Positions 36,890-50,273 are shown, counted from the first letter of the stretch. The stretch: 64,000 bases of DNA from Phallusia mammillata (GCA_965637545.1 OZ281500.1:18538001-18602000), one strand, 5' to 3'. Notes: generated by a model from the letters alone, not told the origin. Translations and numbers: made by a program.

Positions 36890-39800
36890 ATGGCAGAAAA
36901 GGAAAAGAAATACGACAGACAATTGCGTCTCTGGGGAGACCACGGACAACGTGATTTGGAAAATGCAAGTGTTTGTCTTATTAACGTCACTGCAACGGGC
37001 ACAGAAACTTTGAAAAACCTTATACTACCAGGTAAAGTAAATTTGATTTGTTAGCATTTTTACATTTTGTTGTTGAACATATTTGTGCACTACAACGTTT
37101 TTTTTGGACAGGATTAGTGAGAAACAAAATATGATCAGTGGTGGAATTCAAATTTTTTGTCAGGCAGTTCTGTCACAAACGTCATCTTTTTCAGCCGGTT
37201 CTGTTACAAAAAGTCATATTTCCATTGACAGTACCCAGTAATGCTAACCTGCTCACTGATCTTATAAAATTTCATGAGACAGTTCTCTTGAACTGGTGCG
37301 AACCGGCTGAATCCCACCACTGGATATAACCTAAAAATAATTAAATTTGTGGCAATATGGCAAATGCTAATCGTTCGTAAGAGCATAAAATGGCTTGTTT
37401 GGTTTGTGCTGCATTATTTTCTAATTAAAATGTACACAAGGAATTGGAAATTTTACCATTGTGGATGGTGGCAGAATTTCTGGTCAAGATGCTGGCAACA
37501 ATTTTTTTCTTGATCCTGAAAAAATTGGCGAATACAAATCTAAGGTAGATAAAGTAATTTTTATGGTCTGAAACAAATGTATATACTTGTACACAGTGGC
37601 GTATCCAAGGGGGGGTTTTGGGGGTCCGGACCCCCCCCCCCTTTTCAAAAAGTTGTGCGTAAATTAAATAGGCCAAAATCGTTCCGTTTACCACTGCGTG
37701 ATAACAGGGAGTCGTTATCTCAAAGACGTGAGCCTTCAATCTCTTGTATTCGCTTGTTATCTAATCGTCAATTGTGACGTAACAAGGGTTTAATAAGGAG
37801 GTTTATGCGCTAACAATCGGAAAGTTACGTTCCGGCTAGGACGCTGATACCAGTTTCTTGCTAAATGGTAACTGCACTAAGTGCAACATATCAAACTGTT
37901 TTTGCATTTGAACAATGTAAAAGTGTTAAAAACGTGTAATGTTGTGTTGCTTTGATCCGCCAAACACGTAATAGTTTGTCAAAAACATTAGATCGATGTA
38001 AATCGAGTTATGTTATTAGGGTAATTTGTTACTTGCCAGGCACAAACCAGGCACAAAAAAAAAGGATTACCGCTTCAGCAAGAGATTTAGTTCTTTAGAA
38101 ATTGGACCCTGTTTTTTTAAGCAACGATTTTGATTACCTGACAGTCACGCTTATTTTGCAGTTGCAGTTTGGCTGAGTAAGCTAGATAGCAGCGGCGAAA
38201 TCAGAAAACTACAAAGCTTTCGCTAAAATTACCTGTTCTTCCTGTCAATTAGATGGGTAGAGAAACCGCCAATTTTGGAAAAAGTGCTTTGCCGCATAAT
38301 GCGTCGTTTTGAACGACGTGTGACATCATAATGACATCATTGGGGATTTCCCCCAAAAAAATTGTTGGACCCCCCCCCTTTAAAAATTTCTGGATACGCC
38401 CCTGCTTGTACATCGTTTAATCACTTTTTAAACAACAAATCATTTTTTTTTGCCATAATTTTGGGATCTAATGATGATTTGCGAGTTATTGTTTCATCAA
38501 TTTGTCATGCACATAGAGTGTATCTGTATACACCATATACTTTTTTAAAACATAAATAAAATTGGCTGCAAATTTCAAATCGTTTACGGCCAGTAAATAA
38601 TGGCTGCTTACAGCTGTTGTTCGTGTTTGCAGTTTCGTGGGCTCAGCAAGGGTGGTGCTAAATACTGCATGGTATATCGACAAGAATATTGCATTATGTG
38701 TAAAATGTGAGAATACAAGCCCCAACAAGGGTAAAATTACACCAGATTTTAGTGTTATTTCCATTACAAATAGTCACCTGACACGAATATCTCTAACTGT
38801 CAGTGGTTCAAAAATCTGGAAAACTATAGTTTTTGCAAAAGCATATCCATGTCCTTTAAAACTGCCTACCTTGTGATAGCATGCAATAACATGTAATATC
38901 ATGTAGTCACATACAGTATTTAGTACTAGCGGCAATTTTCTTTCCAAATTAAAGTTTAACCCTGCTACTTATAAAACCTCCAAACATATTTTCTGCATTA
39001 GGTGGCAATGGAACTCCTCCAAGAACTGAATCCCGATGTTAAAGGAGAATATGTTGAAGAAGATGTCTCTCAGTTACTGGAGCGGACCCCACAGTTCTTC
39101 ACTGGGTTTTCAGTTGTTATTTCAGGATCCCTTACACTGACAGTCCTGAAAAAACTGGCAGCTTTACTCTGGCCGCACAAAGTTCCTCTTGTTGTTTGTT
39201 TATCATATGGATTCCTAGGTATAAAAGAGTTGATGTATCGTTTCAATTGTAACTGTCTTGTATTGTTTTTGTTACCACTTACAATGTAAACTAGAAGATT
39301 TATTATGGGTTTCCTTCTTGAAAGGGGGTAATTAGTTTTAAACATTATTGTTTACATCAGTTTTTTTAAATGTTTTGGTCAAGTAAGTGTTGTTAAATCA
39401 CATTTAATCATACATATCATAATAAATAGGTATCTGAAGTTATGCATGTTCTTTGAACCTTCCCCCTTGATTAGTTAATTAACAGACTTGAAATGTAAAT
39501 GTTCCTGTTACGTAATGGTGTTGCTTCTGGTTTGATAAACTGTTTCTGATATTTTATAATGAATAGTATGTGCTTTTTTAAACAGGTTACATTCGAATTG
39601 CTGTCGAAGAACATGCTGTGATTGAGTCTCATCCTGACAATGCACATGAAGATTTGCGTTTGGATGATCCCATAGAAGACTTTGTAAAGTTTTGTGACTC
39701 CATAGATTTAGAATCATTAGACAAAAAGGACCATTCCCACACACCTTACTTGATCATTTTGTTCAAGTATTTGCAAACTTGGAAAAATGACCACAATGGC

Positions 39801-41724
39801 CAAGTACCAAATACTTGGAAGGAGAAAAAACAATTCAAAGCTGCAATCCTTGCAGGTGTTAGAAAAAATGCAGAAGGAGTTCCTGAAGATGAAGAAAATT
39901 ATGATGAAGCTGCAAAGCATGTCAACACAGCTTTTGTACCCAATAAGATTCCTCCAGAGTTAAAAGCCATACTTGATGACCATAAATGCTTAAACATTAC
40001 AGATTCTAGCAGTAACTTTTGGATTTTGGCCAACGGTCTTAGGCAATTTGTGCAAAATGAAGGCAGTGGCTTTTTACCCTTGCGCGGTTCCCTTCCAGAT
40101 ATGACATCAGACTCTGAGCGCTATGTAAAGTTGCAAAACATATACCAGGCAAAAGCTGCACATGACATGCAGATTGTTTCCAACTATGTTTCGCATGCCT
40201 GCTCCAGCTTGGGCTGTGGAAATGGTCGGGTATCAGAAAGAGACCTCAAGAGATTCTGTAGAAATGCCCATTTTCTGAGAGTTCTAAGGTAAGCACTATA
40301 GATTAGTGCCAGGATTTGGCCTATTCCCAATTCTGTCATGTTTTTTTTTTCATTTTTGTATCCTAGCCCTGGTTATGTAGTGGTGGCACTCAACTTTGTG
40401 TGTTACCACGTAATAACACAGTTTTAATGAAAGAAAAACACTTAATATGAAAACAATACGCTTTGGGCTATTTGGATTGAGGTGGGTGTTTGTAATTAAA
40501 ATAACAGTCTCAGATACCCTGGCCAATCCTTTATTAACACATGTGGTATCATGCAGTGTTTAGTACCACCCGTTATATAATTTCCAACAAAGATAAAAGC
40601 ATGAATAAAATTTCATGCATGTATGCAAAACAAAAACTCTAGAAAAACTGTTATATATGTTTGTCAACTTTTGCATTCGCAGAACCAGGTCCTTAGAGGA
40701 AGAATACAAGCAGCCATCAAAGGCAGTCATCGATGAATTCACATCAGATAGCAATTCTGATGCACTGTGGTATGTTCTGTGGAGAGCTGTTGAAATGTTT
40801 TACACAACACATGGGAAGTATCCCGGTATAGAAGACGAAGAGTTGGAAATGGATGTCAGCAGAATGAAGGTAGCAATCAGAATAAAAAATAGCATTTTTG
40901 TGTGTGCGAAACAAAGATTAACTAACACACAAATAAACTTCGTTAATGACTTATCCTAGTGGTTCACAACCAGGGGGGAATTCCCCACTAAGTGGGAATT
41001 TTGTAATTTGTAGGGGGGAATTTGTGTCACAATATTAATCTCTTACTGGTTGTCTTTGCTATGGGTTATTGCTGCATTTGCCATATATGAGCTGAGAAAA
41101 AGTTTGTAGGGGGGATAAGATTTAAATATCGACTAAAAGGGTGCAGAGGACAAATAAGGTTGGAAACCACTGACTTATTCAACTTGCATAGCATATTTTC
41201 ATCATACTTTGTAACAAATGATAGGCTTTGAGAATCACAATGTTGGGTAGTTTAACCAAATATGCCATTAACTTGATTTATCTGTACTGCAGGATGAAAT
41301 AACATCTGAAATTTGTAAAAGTTTAAGTAAGGCAGTTATTTTGCCCTTTAAAGTACATGTGTTGCACAACACATTTTAATGACTGTGACACTCAAATAAA
41401 GGTTTGTACCTTGGCGTTCAGAATATTTGGAACTGTGCATTGTGAACATAACGAAGTTTATATTTTTTTATCACTTATTTTCAGTCCTTTGTCAAAGACC
41501 TGATGAAGTCGTGGGGAATCCCAGGTGCCATAGAAGCCGTATCAGACGATTCGTTGCAGGAAATTTGCCGATGCGGTGCCGCCGAAATTCATTCAGTGGC
41601 TGCCTACATGGGTGGGGTGGCAGCCCAGGAATGCATTAAACTGATTACTGGCCAATATGTACCGGTATCTGGAGCTTATATCTACAATGGCCTGAAGTCA
41701 ACGTCCTTGACCCTAGCTGTGTGA
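36890..41724 (+). CDS. NAE1: NEDD8-activating enzyme E1 regulatory subunit (APP-BP1), 530 aa
   Basis: Exons 36890-37031, 37441-37544, 39002-39218, 39586-40288, 40683-40869, 41485-41724 (1593 nt). Motifs [69 protein letters not shown]. Confidence 0.96.
37136..37322. mobile_element. hAT MITE family B, copy 1 (187 bp)
   Basis: CAGTGGTGGAATTC ... GAATCCCACCACTG; highly similar to 49243-49422; TSD decayed (5/8). Confidence 0.8.
37594..38404. mobile_element. Non-autonomous hAT element (811 bp) in NAE1 intron 2
   Basis: CAGTGGCGTATCCA ... TGGATACGCCCCTG; perfect TSD CTTGTACA; G/C homopolymer subterminal tracts. Confidence 0.88.
40957..41172. mobile_element. Charlie-type hAT MITE (216 bp)
   Basis: TAGTGGTTCACAACC ... 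GGTTGGAAACCACTG; TSD ACTTATCC/ACTTATTC (7/8). Confidence 0.75.
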
Positions 41725-42039
41725 TCAAGTTCAGTTTCAATTCCACTTGAAGTTCATGTTTGTAGATTTCTTTTTCGCAAATATAAGCTGCAATTGCTCG
41801 CTATATGAGATTAACAGCAGACAAATCCTATTGCTTATTGGGCAAATTTCAAGTGACATGGTCGTGTGCCTGTTTAGGTAGACCCATGTGTACATTGCGG
41901 GATCCCAGGGGTTGCTGCCTTATCTGGATGAATAGGTTGTGCATTTATGGCTCGTAATGCAATCATAGGCGCCGAGTGTGTGGCAGACATGGGGCCATTC
42001 GTCATTCATATTCAAATACAGGTTTTGCCGCTCTCGTGT

Positions 42040-42225
42040 TGTATTCGAAAGATTTTTTCTTTTTTTCCCGGTAATACACGAATACAATTCGAATAGTTGA
42101 AATAGTTGAGCGAATTGCTTTTTTTATTAACGTGAGAATTCGAAAAATCGAATACATGGCTAATACATTCGCTCGAATGCAATTCGAATTGTTGTTTACG
42201 GTTTGAATACCATTCGAATTGTTAA
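42040..42225. repeat. Cluster of TTCGAA palindromic motifs, probably a decayed hAT subterminal region
   Basis: Five TTCGAA copies within ~180 bp; no clear termini found. Confidence 0.4.
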
Positions 42226-42707
42226 TAGCTTTTATATGACAAATTTACTTTGTTGTGGTGCAAAGCAGACCGTTTCATTATGTTGCGATTATGCGCAATC
42301 AGTCGACTTCTTTTGTCAATTTGGGTTGGAAGCAGAGCGGTATTGTCCGACAAAGGAAACTCATAACATTCCACACGAAGTTGCATTAGATTTTCCGAAT
42401 TTACAAAACAAAAACAAATAAAGTGGCCAGCAAAACAATTTATTCAAATAGGAGCATGTTTCAGCTGATGTGCCCTTGTGCCTGGCGTTTGTTTGCAAGA
42501 CGAATAACCATAGATAACTATGATCACACAGTGCTTTCCGTACATAAATATTTTGACAGTTAAAACCAACACAATAAAAAAACACAAATGGATATTTTAT
42601 ACCCCGTAGAGCGTAGATTTAAAATGATCAAAAAATTACTTTAACCGAATTCTTTTGATTTCCATGTGGTGTGAAAGCAAAGAACGGGTGAAAGTGGTCA
42701 TCAAAGC

Positions 42708-42936
42708 GGGTAGAGCTACTAAGTACTAACACTGAGCTTCACCTTTGGCCCGACCTGGGAACTTCTGGTAGGTAGCGCAAAAGAGCATAGGCGTTTATGG
42801 TGCTGTTACAGCAATTTGGGTTTATGGTAAGAATAATTGCTGAGTCAGCACCCAAAACGCCTATGCTCTTTTGCGCCACCTACCAGAAGTTCCCAGGTCG
42901 GGCCAAAGGTGAAGCTCAGTGTTAGTAGCTCTACCC
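42708..42936. mobile_element. 229-bp foldback element / long-TIR MITE
   Basis: Arms ~42708-42816 and ~42835-42936 are near-perfect reverse complements (one 7-nt insertion, a few mismatches); 18-nt loop; flanks ATCAAAGC / ATCAAGC. Confidence 0.8.
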
Positions 42937-43889
42937 ATCAAGCGTGACAAGCGTCAAAATTGGATTCGTGTTGTAGATTTTTTGCTGATGCGATTGTCAT
43001 TATCATTAAACTTATAAGTTTATACTCCGCATATTTGTTTGCGTCTTTGCGAACGAGCAAAGAAAGTTGGCGCTTATCGGTTGAGCCCAAGTTTGTCTTC
43101 AAACAAAGTCAATAATGCGGTTACGTGTGATCTGTGATGCTTATGCGAAATATAAAAAAACGAATTTAAACGCTGGCACACTAGAACAGTAAACAAAGGA
43201 AAACTGGAAGAAAGAAAAGTTGTTTATCTCTAAAAGCAATGAAAATGAGCAAACAAAGTGAAATGTTCCAACCTGATGTCTCCATAATGAGATTGAAATT
43301 GTGAAACACAGAAAAATAGGAAGGAAAGTGAAAGTGATTTATCGGTTATCATACAAAACAAGTTGATACTATATAATGTAGTTTTATACAAACTGTTTTG
43401 AAAACTTAAGGGAAAAATTGTTCTTGTCCTTTTTCGTATCCGTTTTTGTTTGTTACTCGTATAAATCATTTCATTTTCTAGCCATTTTAAATCTTTTTTT
43501 ACATGATATAGATCAAAATACAGAAAAGCAGGAAAAATGGGAAATGATTTTTATTAGTTATCATGCAAATTTACTGCCATAACTGGCATAATTTTTCTGT
43601 ATGGTTTCTGAAGCTGTTTTCTAGATCAGTGTCTTTGGTTTAGTGTTTTGTACTGTTCTATCATTTTATAAGTGCTGATTCAAAATTATTGTTGTACAAT
43701 ACCAATTGTTTCAACGCAATTTATTGACTATAAAGAACTGTTTTTGACAGCAGCAGCAAGAGGCAACAGCGTGTTATGTTGTGTTTTTACAATAATCTTG
43801 TTTAAACAGGCTAATGTAAATACTTTCTATAATTTCCTGAATGGTTAATTTTTGTGCCCCCAAAATAAAACCCACTGAAAAGAATAGAA

Positions 43890-46800
43890 ATGGCTCAACG
43901 ACGAGGAATTTCAAATCTTAAAGATGAGGGATCTGTTGAGCCAAGATCACAAGCACAAACAACATTGACCAAAGGTAACACTTAAATACAAACACTGTAA
44001 TGCTTCTATCTATGTCTGGCTGCACTAGATTGGTAGTTAAATACTTAACCAGCACCAGTCATGGTATTAACAATCTAGCATAACATAAATGTATTAAGGA
44101 TGTTTTAAAAACTCTTCGCCTAATGTGGACAAAACAGGGGGTACATTTGATTTGTAAAATGGGGAGGCTTGAACATATCAACATCATTAATTGGATCTTT
44201 GCCTAATCCAGACAATTTTTTTTTGTCCAAACGGATTAATCGAGGTTTACTCTATGTTTAAAATTTGAATGTTTAGACTTAAGACATTAAACTTGGCTAG
44301 CCTAATTTGCTGCTTTTGTTTTGAAAGTGCAGTCCACTGCCATTTCCTATATATCATAGGAAGGCAATAAAGTAATAAAAGTGTGACAGTTGACCCACCT
44401 GCCTGGTAGGTGATGTCTGTTGGAACATATGTAGAAATATGCTAATGCTAAGTTCAAATCAATTTGATATGCATTATGGAATAAGACATAATACTGAATG
44501 GTATCTAAGCTAAGTTTAAACTAATAGCGCTATGTCTACATTGGTAAACTTTGTCTCCAAGATAATACTATTGGTAGAGGTTTGAAAAAAAGGTGATTGA
44601 GAGCTGATTTCTGTATTTGTAGCAATGCCTTGGTGATCACATTGTTTGCTAGTTAAGGTCATAAACTTACACCAGTTCAAACTGCATAATGTTTGTTTTG
44701 GTTGTGCAATCAAATATGCTTAGGAACCTTATTACAGCAGGTAGTTTACACCCTTGACAGTTTTGCCAGTTGGGCCTGTCAGAAGAATGTTGAAATCATA
44801 AAGGGTCAAAGTCCACAGTCCAATCTGAAGCACTCACTTGTTTATCCCTCTCAGATTTTGTCCAAAAGAGTAGGTCAGTAGTTCCATCAGAGCAAGCTTC
44901 TTGATCTGGTTGTTTGTGTGCTGACTTGAATTTCTAGTTTTAGTAATTAAAAAAGGTATAAATGGACAATTTTGTTGGCATTATGGAATGGTACAGCAAG
45001 TGGTTAGAGTTTAGAAGTAAGCCTTTGCTCCCGTTGACACTCAACAAAGATGAATACAGCAGTTCCAGCTTCTCAAATTTTCTTCAACGGTCAAAATGCA
45101 ATGCTCCGAATCAAACTGAAGAGCATGAGATTGCTATACAGGCTACTGGCACTGATTTTAGACACCGAAGAAAAACCCAGTTAATGAGCGTTGCCTTCCC
45201 TGCATATTTGAACAATGGTGCTTCAGGTGTTAAGACTAGTGGAGGTAGAAGACGTTCATCTTTACTGGAAAGTTTGGAACAAACAATGGAATTAATGTCA
45301 GCTGAAACTAAGTCACCTCGTTTGACATATCCCAAAAGCAGATTGCGACACAGCAGATCAAGTGATGGAGATTTTGCTATGTCATATTTGCCAGTTCCTG
45401 TTTATGAACTTAACACTCCAAAAGCATTAGACACCACTGTTAAACAAGTTGTCCCTAAAGGTAGTTTTTATATCTGTTTTCCAAGCTATTTTCTATATTG
45501 TCCGTGCAGTTTCCTACTGCATATGTGGTTGGCAATACGACAGTCATTAGTATAGTTTACAATTAAAACTTAAAAACGTTTTTTTAAGATGTATATGTAA
45601 ACAAATCTTTTTTTGTTTTTTAGAAAAAAGTGGTTCAACATGGACGTCAGTGATTGCAATCACTCTTATTTTTCTTGCTGCCATTTTCCTTTTATTTACA
45701 GTGTACCGCAACTTCCCAGAGCTGAAGCCGTAAGTAGTTAAACTTTAATATCTGTAATTGTACAACTCTACAGCAAACATTAAAATATATGACTACTGCT
45801 ATTAGAACCTGTATATAGTTGTGGATTAATAGTTTATGCTACTGTGTATGGCTGTTATCAAATAAAGGTTTTGAATTTTTCAAATAATCAAATAATTTTT
45901 TTCCTTTCAAATCAAATAGTCAAATAATTCAAATAATTTAAAAATCCAACAATGTAAGGCCCAGAACCGTTAAAGAATAGGGGTATTTAAAACTTATTAA
46001 ACATAAATGCAAGGTGGTTGTGCTCTTAGTCATTAAATCGATGCTAAACCTTTTTTAATAAAATAAATTAGTACAGACATTTAGTTATTCTCCGTAATTT
46101 GGCAGAGCCATGTATTCTCCACAGGTATTTTTTTCACATTATTTAACAGATTTCTCTGGGACACTTGGTTAATTTAAACTTTGGTTTTTAACATTTTAAT
46201 CACTTGCTTAAATAACCTTAAATGTAAATGTTACTAGGTGTAATTAATACCAAAATATAAGCTAAAAAGTAAATTATCATGCTTGAGTCCAATATATTTT
46301 GGGAAAGGGTATATAATGCTGGAAACACATGTTGCATATCTTTTGTTTACACTCAATTTCATAAAAATATCACCAATTTGTCAAAATAAATTGATTTTGC
46401 ATCTAAATTAAGATTTACTGCATAGGAAAAAATGTTTGATTATTTGAAATTGCGTAAAAAATTATTTGTTTGATAACAACCCTACTACTGTGTATCAAAA
46501 ATTGCCATCACAAGGTACCTATAACAGCAAAAAATAATACATTAAATATTGTTTCTTCGGCCAAGACTAAAGTCTACATGTGTGGCTTTGATCATGTACT
46601 TATACTATTTTTTACTTAAATGTTAGGTATAAAAATAGAAGCATGTCTGTTGCACTCAACATGTATGCATGAGAAAGGGTTTAAAGTTTTTGTCTGCTTT
46701 TGTAACAGAGAAGAAAAGGAGAAAGTGAAATTGCCAAGAGACATGGAAGATGCCAAAGAGTTGGGTAGAGTTCTGTCCAAATACAAAGACACATACTACT

Positions 46801-48605
46801 TTGAAGTGATGTCAGCATTCTTTATCACATACATTTTGTATCCTTTGAAATTTATTATGCCTACATTTTAATGTAAACAATGCCAGCACTGTGTCAATCA
46901 TAGCATACATTTAGAATCATGTTACAGCCAACATTACATTGTTAGTAACATGTATAACAACTGTGTGGTAAGCTTTTGTTTGTTTTGAATCACGCTCTTG
47001 CAAAAGTCATTATATTACTCATACATGTTTGTTGTTGTATTGATACACGTTACTGTAAACAAAACCATCATTTTTCTTGACTGTCATGCTTCTAGCCTCC
47101 AAACCTTTGCGATTCCAGGCTCCGTGTTCCTCAGTATTTTGTCAGGATTTCTCTATCCCTTTTACATTGCCCTGTTCCTAGTTTGCCTGGTAAGTAGCTT
47201 CTAAATAAGTCACCTGTGTTAAAGATTCCATACACTATTTAAAATCCACAGAGCCTTTCATATTTAGAGTGTCTACTTTTACTGCACAAAACCTCATTAA
47301 AAATTGAACTAAAATTTGCTTTGCAGTGTTCTGGCATTGGAGCTACTGGCTGCTACATGATTTCCTATTTTATTGGCAAACCTCTCGTCAACAAATACCT
47401 CAAGCAACGAGTTGAAAAATGGAACACTGTGGTAAATATATACATGATAAAACAGGATATTTAATTGGTGGTATTCAAATTCTTTTTATGTAAAGAACTA
47501 AAAATACACCTTGGTGGGAGTGGCCTAAATGTCTTGTGAAAATATTCTGCTGTAAGCGCCCAGTGTGAAAGCAGATCGTATGCCTACTACTGGTTGGAAA
47601 GATGATGTACAAACGACTATTAACGTATTAGGCAATGATTTTGTTGCACTAGCTTTAAAAAACAAAAAAAAATCTTTAATACAATTGAAAATCTGGGAAA
47701 GTAAAAAACTAAAAATCGTTTCCGTTGTTGTATTTGTTTATTTATGTTGTAGACTTTTGGGGCTAAGTAGTATGAACAAAAACTGTTCTTTAATTGTTGG
47801 TCTTTCTTTTTAGGTAGATGGTCAACGGGAACATTTGTTTAACTACTTGCTTTTCCTGAGAATCACTCCTTTTTTGCCAAACTGGTTCATAAACATTGTT
47901 TCTCCTGTTATTCATATACCAGTGTGGCTCTTTTTTTCAGCCACTTTCATCGGTGTGGCACCTTTATCATTCATTGCAATACAGGTTAGTAATCACAAAA
48001 TCTTACAGAAGCTTGAATCAAACAAGAAATGTATTTTATTTTATCCATAGTGTGATTTACCTCTGACCAAAATGTGCTCATACTCTTTGTGTGTGCATTG
48101 TTCATTGTACATGCGTTTTAGACCAGTAGTTTTTCAAGTGTGTAAGGAGCTGCAATAAACGAATTAAAACAGAATGCAGGATAACAGCAAACAAATATAA
48201 TAATCTTAAGTGGTTTTCTGAGGTCCGGTGAGGGCCGCAAAATAGTAGTTGGAAGCCGTATGCAGCCCCGCGGTTTAGCCGCAGTTGAGAATCACTGATT
48301 TAGACTAATGCTCTTTTTGCATTGTGAAACTGTCAAAAATGAATTTGAAATGTAACCACATAGGGTTGTTGCATTACCTCAACACTAACTGATCCCACAT
48401 AATACAGGTCTTTTTGTTTCAACATTGGATGGGTAAATTTTTTTAATATTATATGTATATTTCACAGGCTGGAACTACTTTATACCAATTAACTACAGCT
48501 GGCGATGCAATATCATGGACGGGGGTTGGAGTTATGGCAGTGCTAGCTGTTTTATCACTGCTTCCTGTTTTATTAAAAAACAAATTAAAAAACAAGTTTG
48601 AATGA
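43890..48605 (+). CDS. TMEM41B: Transmembrane protein 41B (stasimon, VTT/DedA-family scramblase), 275 aa short isoform
   Basis: Exons 43890-43974, 45624-45729, 46709-46837, 47096-47189, 47327-47431, 47814-47984, 48468-48605. Motifs KLPRDMEDAKELGRVLSKYKD, YIFLQTFAIPGS, FLRITPFLPNWFINIVSP, AGTTLYQL. Confidence 0.94.
44962..45460 (+). CDS. Candidate alternative first coding exon of TMEM41B (166 aa Ser/Arg-rich N-terminus)
   Basis: ATG preceded by an in-frame TAA and a TTTTAG acceptor at 44943; 499-nt open frame ending AAA G|GTAG, phase 1 like exon 43890-43974, compatible with the acceptor at 45624. Confidence 0.6.
46838..47095 (+). other. U12-type (minor spliceosome) GT-AG intron in TMEM41B
   Basis: 5' site GTATCCTTT; branch-point-like TTTTCTTGAC (47072-47081) close to the AG (47094-47095); no polypyrimidine tract between them; splicing restores YIF|LQTF. 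Confidence 0.88.
48124..48297. mobile_element. Charlie-type hAT MITE (174 bp)
   Basis: CAGTAGTTTTTCAA ... TTGAGAATCACTG; TSD TTTTAGAC/ATTTAGAC (7/8). Confidence 0.7.
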
Positions 48606-49242
48606 TTTCATGTACGTTTGCCGTTTTATCATCTCTAGTTGCAATAGGTTTTCATACGTATTTTTGAGCGATTGTCGAGCAGTGGATGTATTGATTTCAG
48701 CGTTAATCAGTTGGCACATCAGTAAAATGGTGGTCCTTTAAACTGGTGCAAGTGATCACAGCGTCTAACAACATGACCTGACAATAAAGTCAGTGAAATA
48801 ATGCACCTATTGTATAAATTTTCTGTATGACTATTGCTTTGGAAACAGGTTGACAAGCTAAAGTTTTCAGATGTGTTTTTGCGAACTTTTTATTTATTGT
48901 TTGTGATTTATTTTGCTGCCTATTGTTCAGCGTTTAATGTTGTGTGTTTAAAACGAGGCACTAGACCAAGCTAAGCAGTTTACAGGTAATTTGGATATTT
49001 GGCAAAGCGAGTAACAACTGCAGGTTAACCAAAATATGCAAACTGTGGTACGTTTGAAGTGTTTTTAAAGATGTCCTTTTAAAGTGTTTTATGTTTGTTG
49101 GATTGTCTTGTTTAAAATGTGTTGTACTGAATGTAAAATACAATTGGACGTTTTCACTAGTAATTTCTTGTTTTAAAAGCATTGAATTCGTGGACTGAAA
49201 GGCACAAAAAGAGTGTTAGTGGTGAGAAAAAATATTTAGAAG

Positions 49243-49422
49243 CAGTGGTGGGATTCAAATTTTTTGTCAGTCGGTTCTATCACAAAAGTCATATTTTTCA
49301 GCCAGTTCTGTTACGAAAAGTCCATTGACAGTAACCAGTAATGCTAACCGGTTCGCTGATCTCATAAAATTTCGTGAGACGGTTCTATAGAACCGGTGCG
49401 AACCGGCTGAATCCCACCACTG
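49243..49422. mobile_element. hAT MITE family B, copy 2 (180 bp)
   Basis: CAGTGGTGGGATTC ... GAATCCCACCACTG; TSD TTTAGAAG/TTTAGAGG (7/8). Confidence 0.85.
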
Positions 49423-50273
49423 TTTAGAGGTAATTAAGGTCATAGAAGTTAAACTTTCTTGGTAAAGTCACCTGGGTGCGACAAAAGTATACAAGAATCG
49501 GATTGTTGAGGGTTCAAAGTCAAACTTACAGTAAACATGGCCGGTTCCTAACCACGATCATCGGATACAGGATTCGCGCATTGATGTGCTAGTAGAAATC
49601 AGTGGGTTCATCGAACGTTGAAACAGGACAACAGTATGTAATGACAAGGTAACGTGTTTACCGTCGTCACTTATTGTGGCCTCCAAGTTTTTGCGCCTAA
49701 CGACTTTTCTACTTGGTGATGTTTCATTTCAATTGTTACGTCATTTTTACTCACCAAGCAAAATAAACTCTACTGAACTCAAGGTGCAATACAACTGTAA
49801 AATATGGTATAAGTCGTTCTGTCCGCCAAAACATATCTAATAATAAGAGTCCTACATAACCACGTACTTTGGCCATAATATACCATAGATAGCAAGTAAT
49901 ATATGATCAAACACAACGGCTGGTCGAGTTAACACGTCACCCTATTCAATCTTAAAATTTACCTAATATCCGACACGCGACACTTCCTATTGATGTAATT
50001 GTGACGTCATTCTGGGTTTGTTGTTTTTGTTTTGTTGTGCTTTTTGATGGCAGGGCTTCTTGATCTTTTAATTCGCGGTTGCTAACATAATTTGTCTTAT
50101 TTGGTCGAGCGTCTTCGAGATAATGCACGATTTGTATTGTGTTGCATTTTTATTGTATTTTTTGTGAGATTTTGCAATTACGATAGTTAATTATTGGCGT
50201 ATTTTAAATCCGAATGCGCTAGCATTAGGCTATTAGCAATAGCATTATAGCTTTTTAGCCATTCCCTTTTTTT

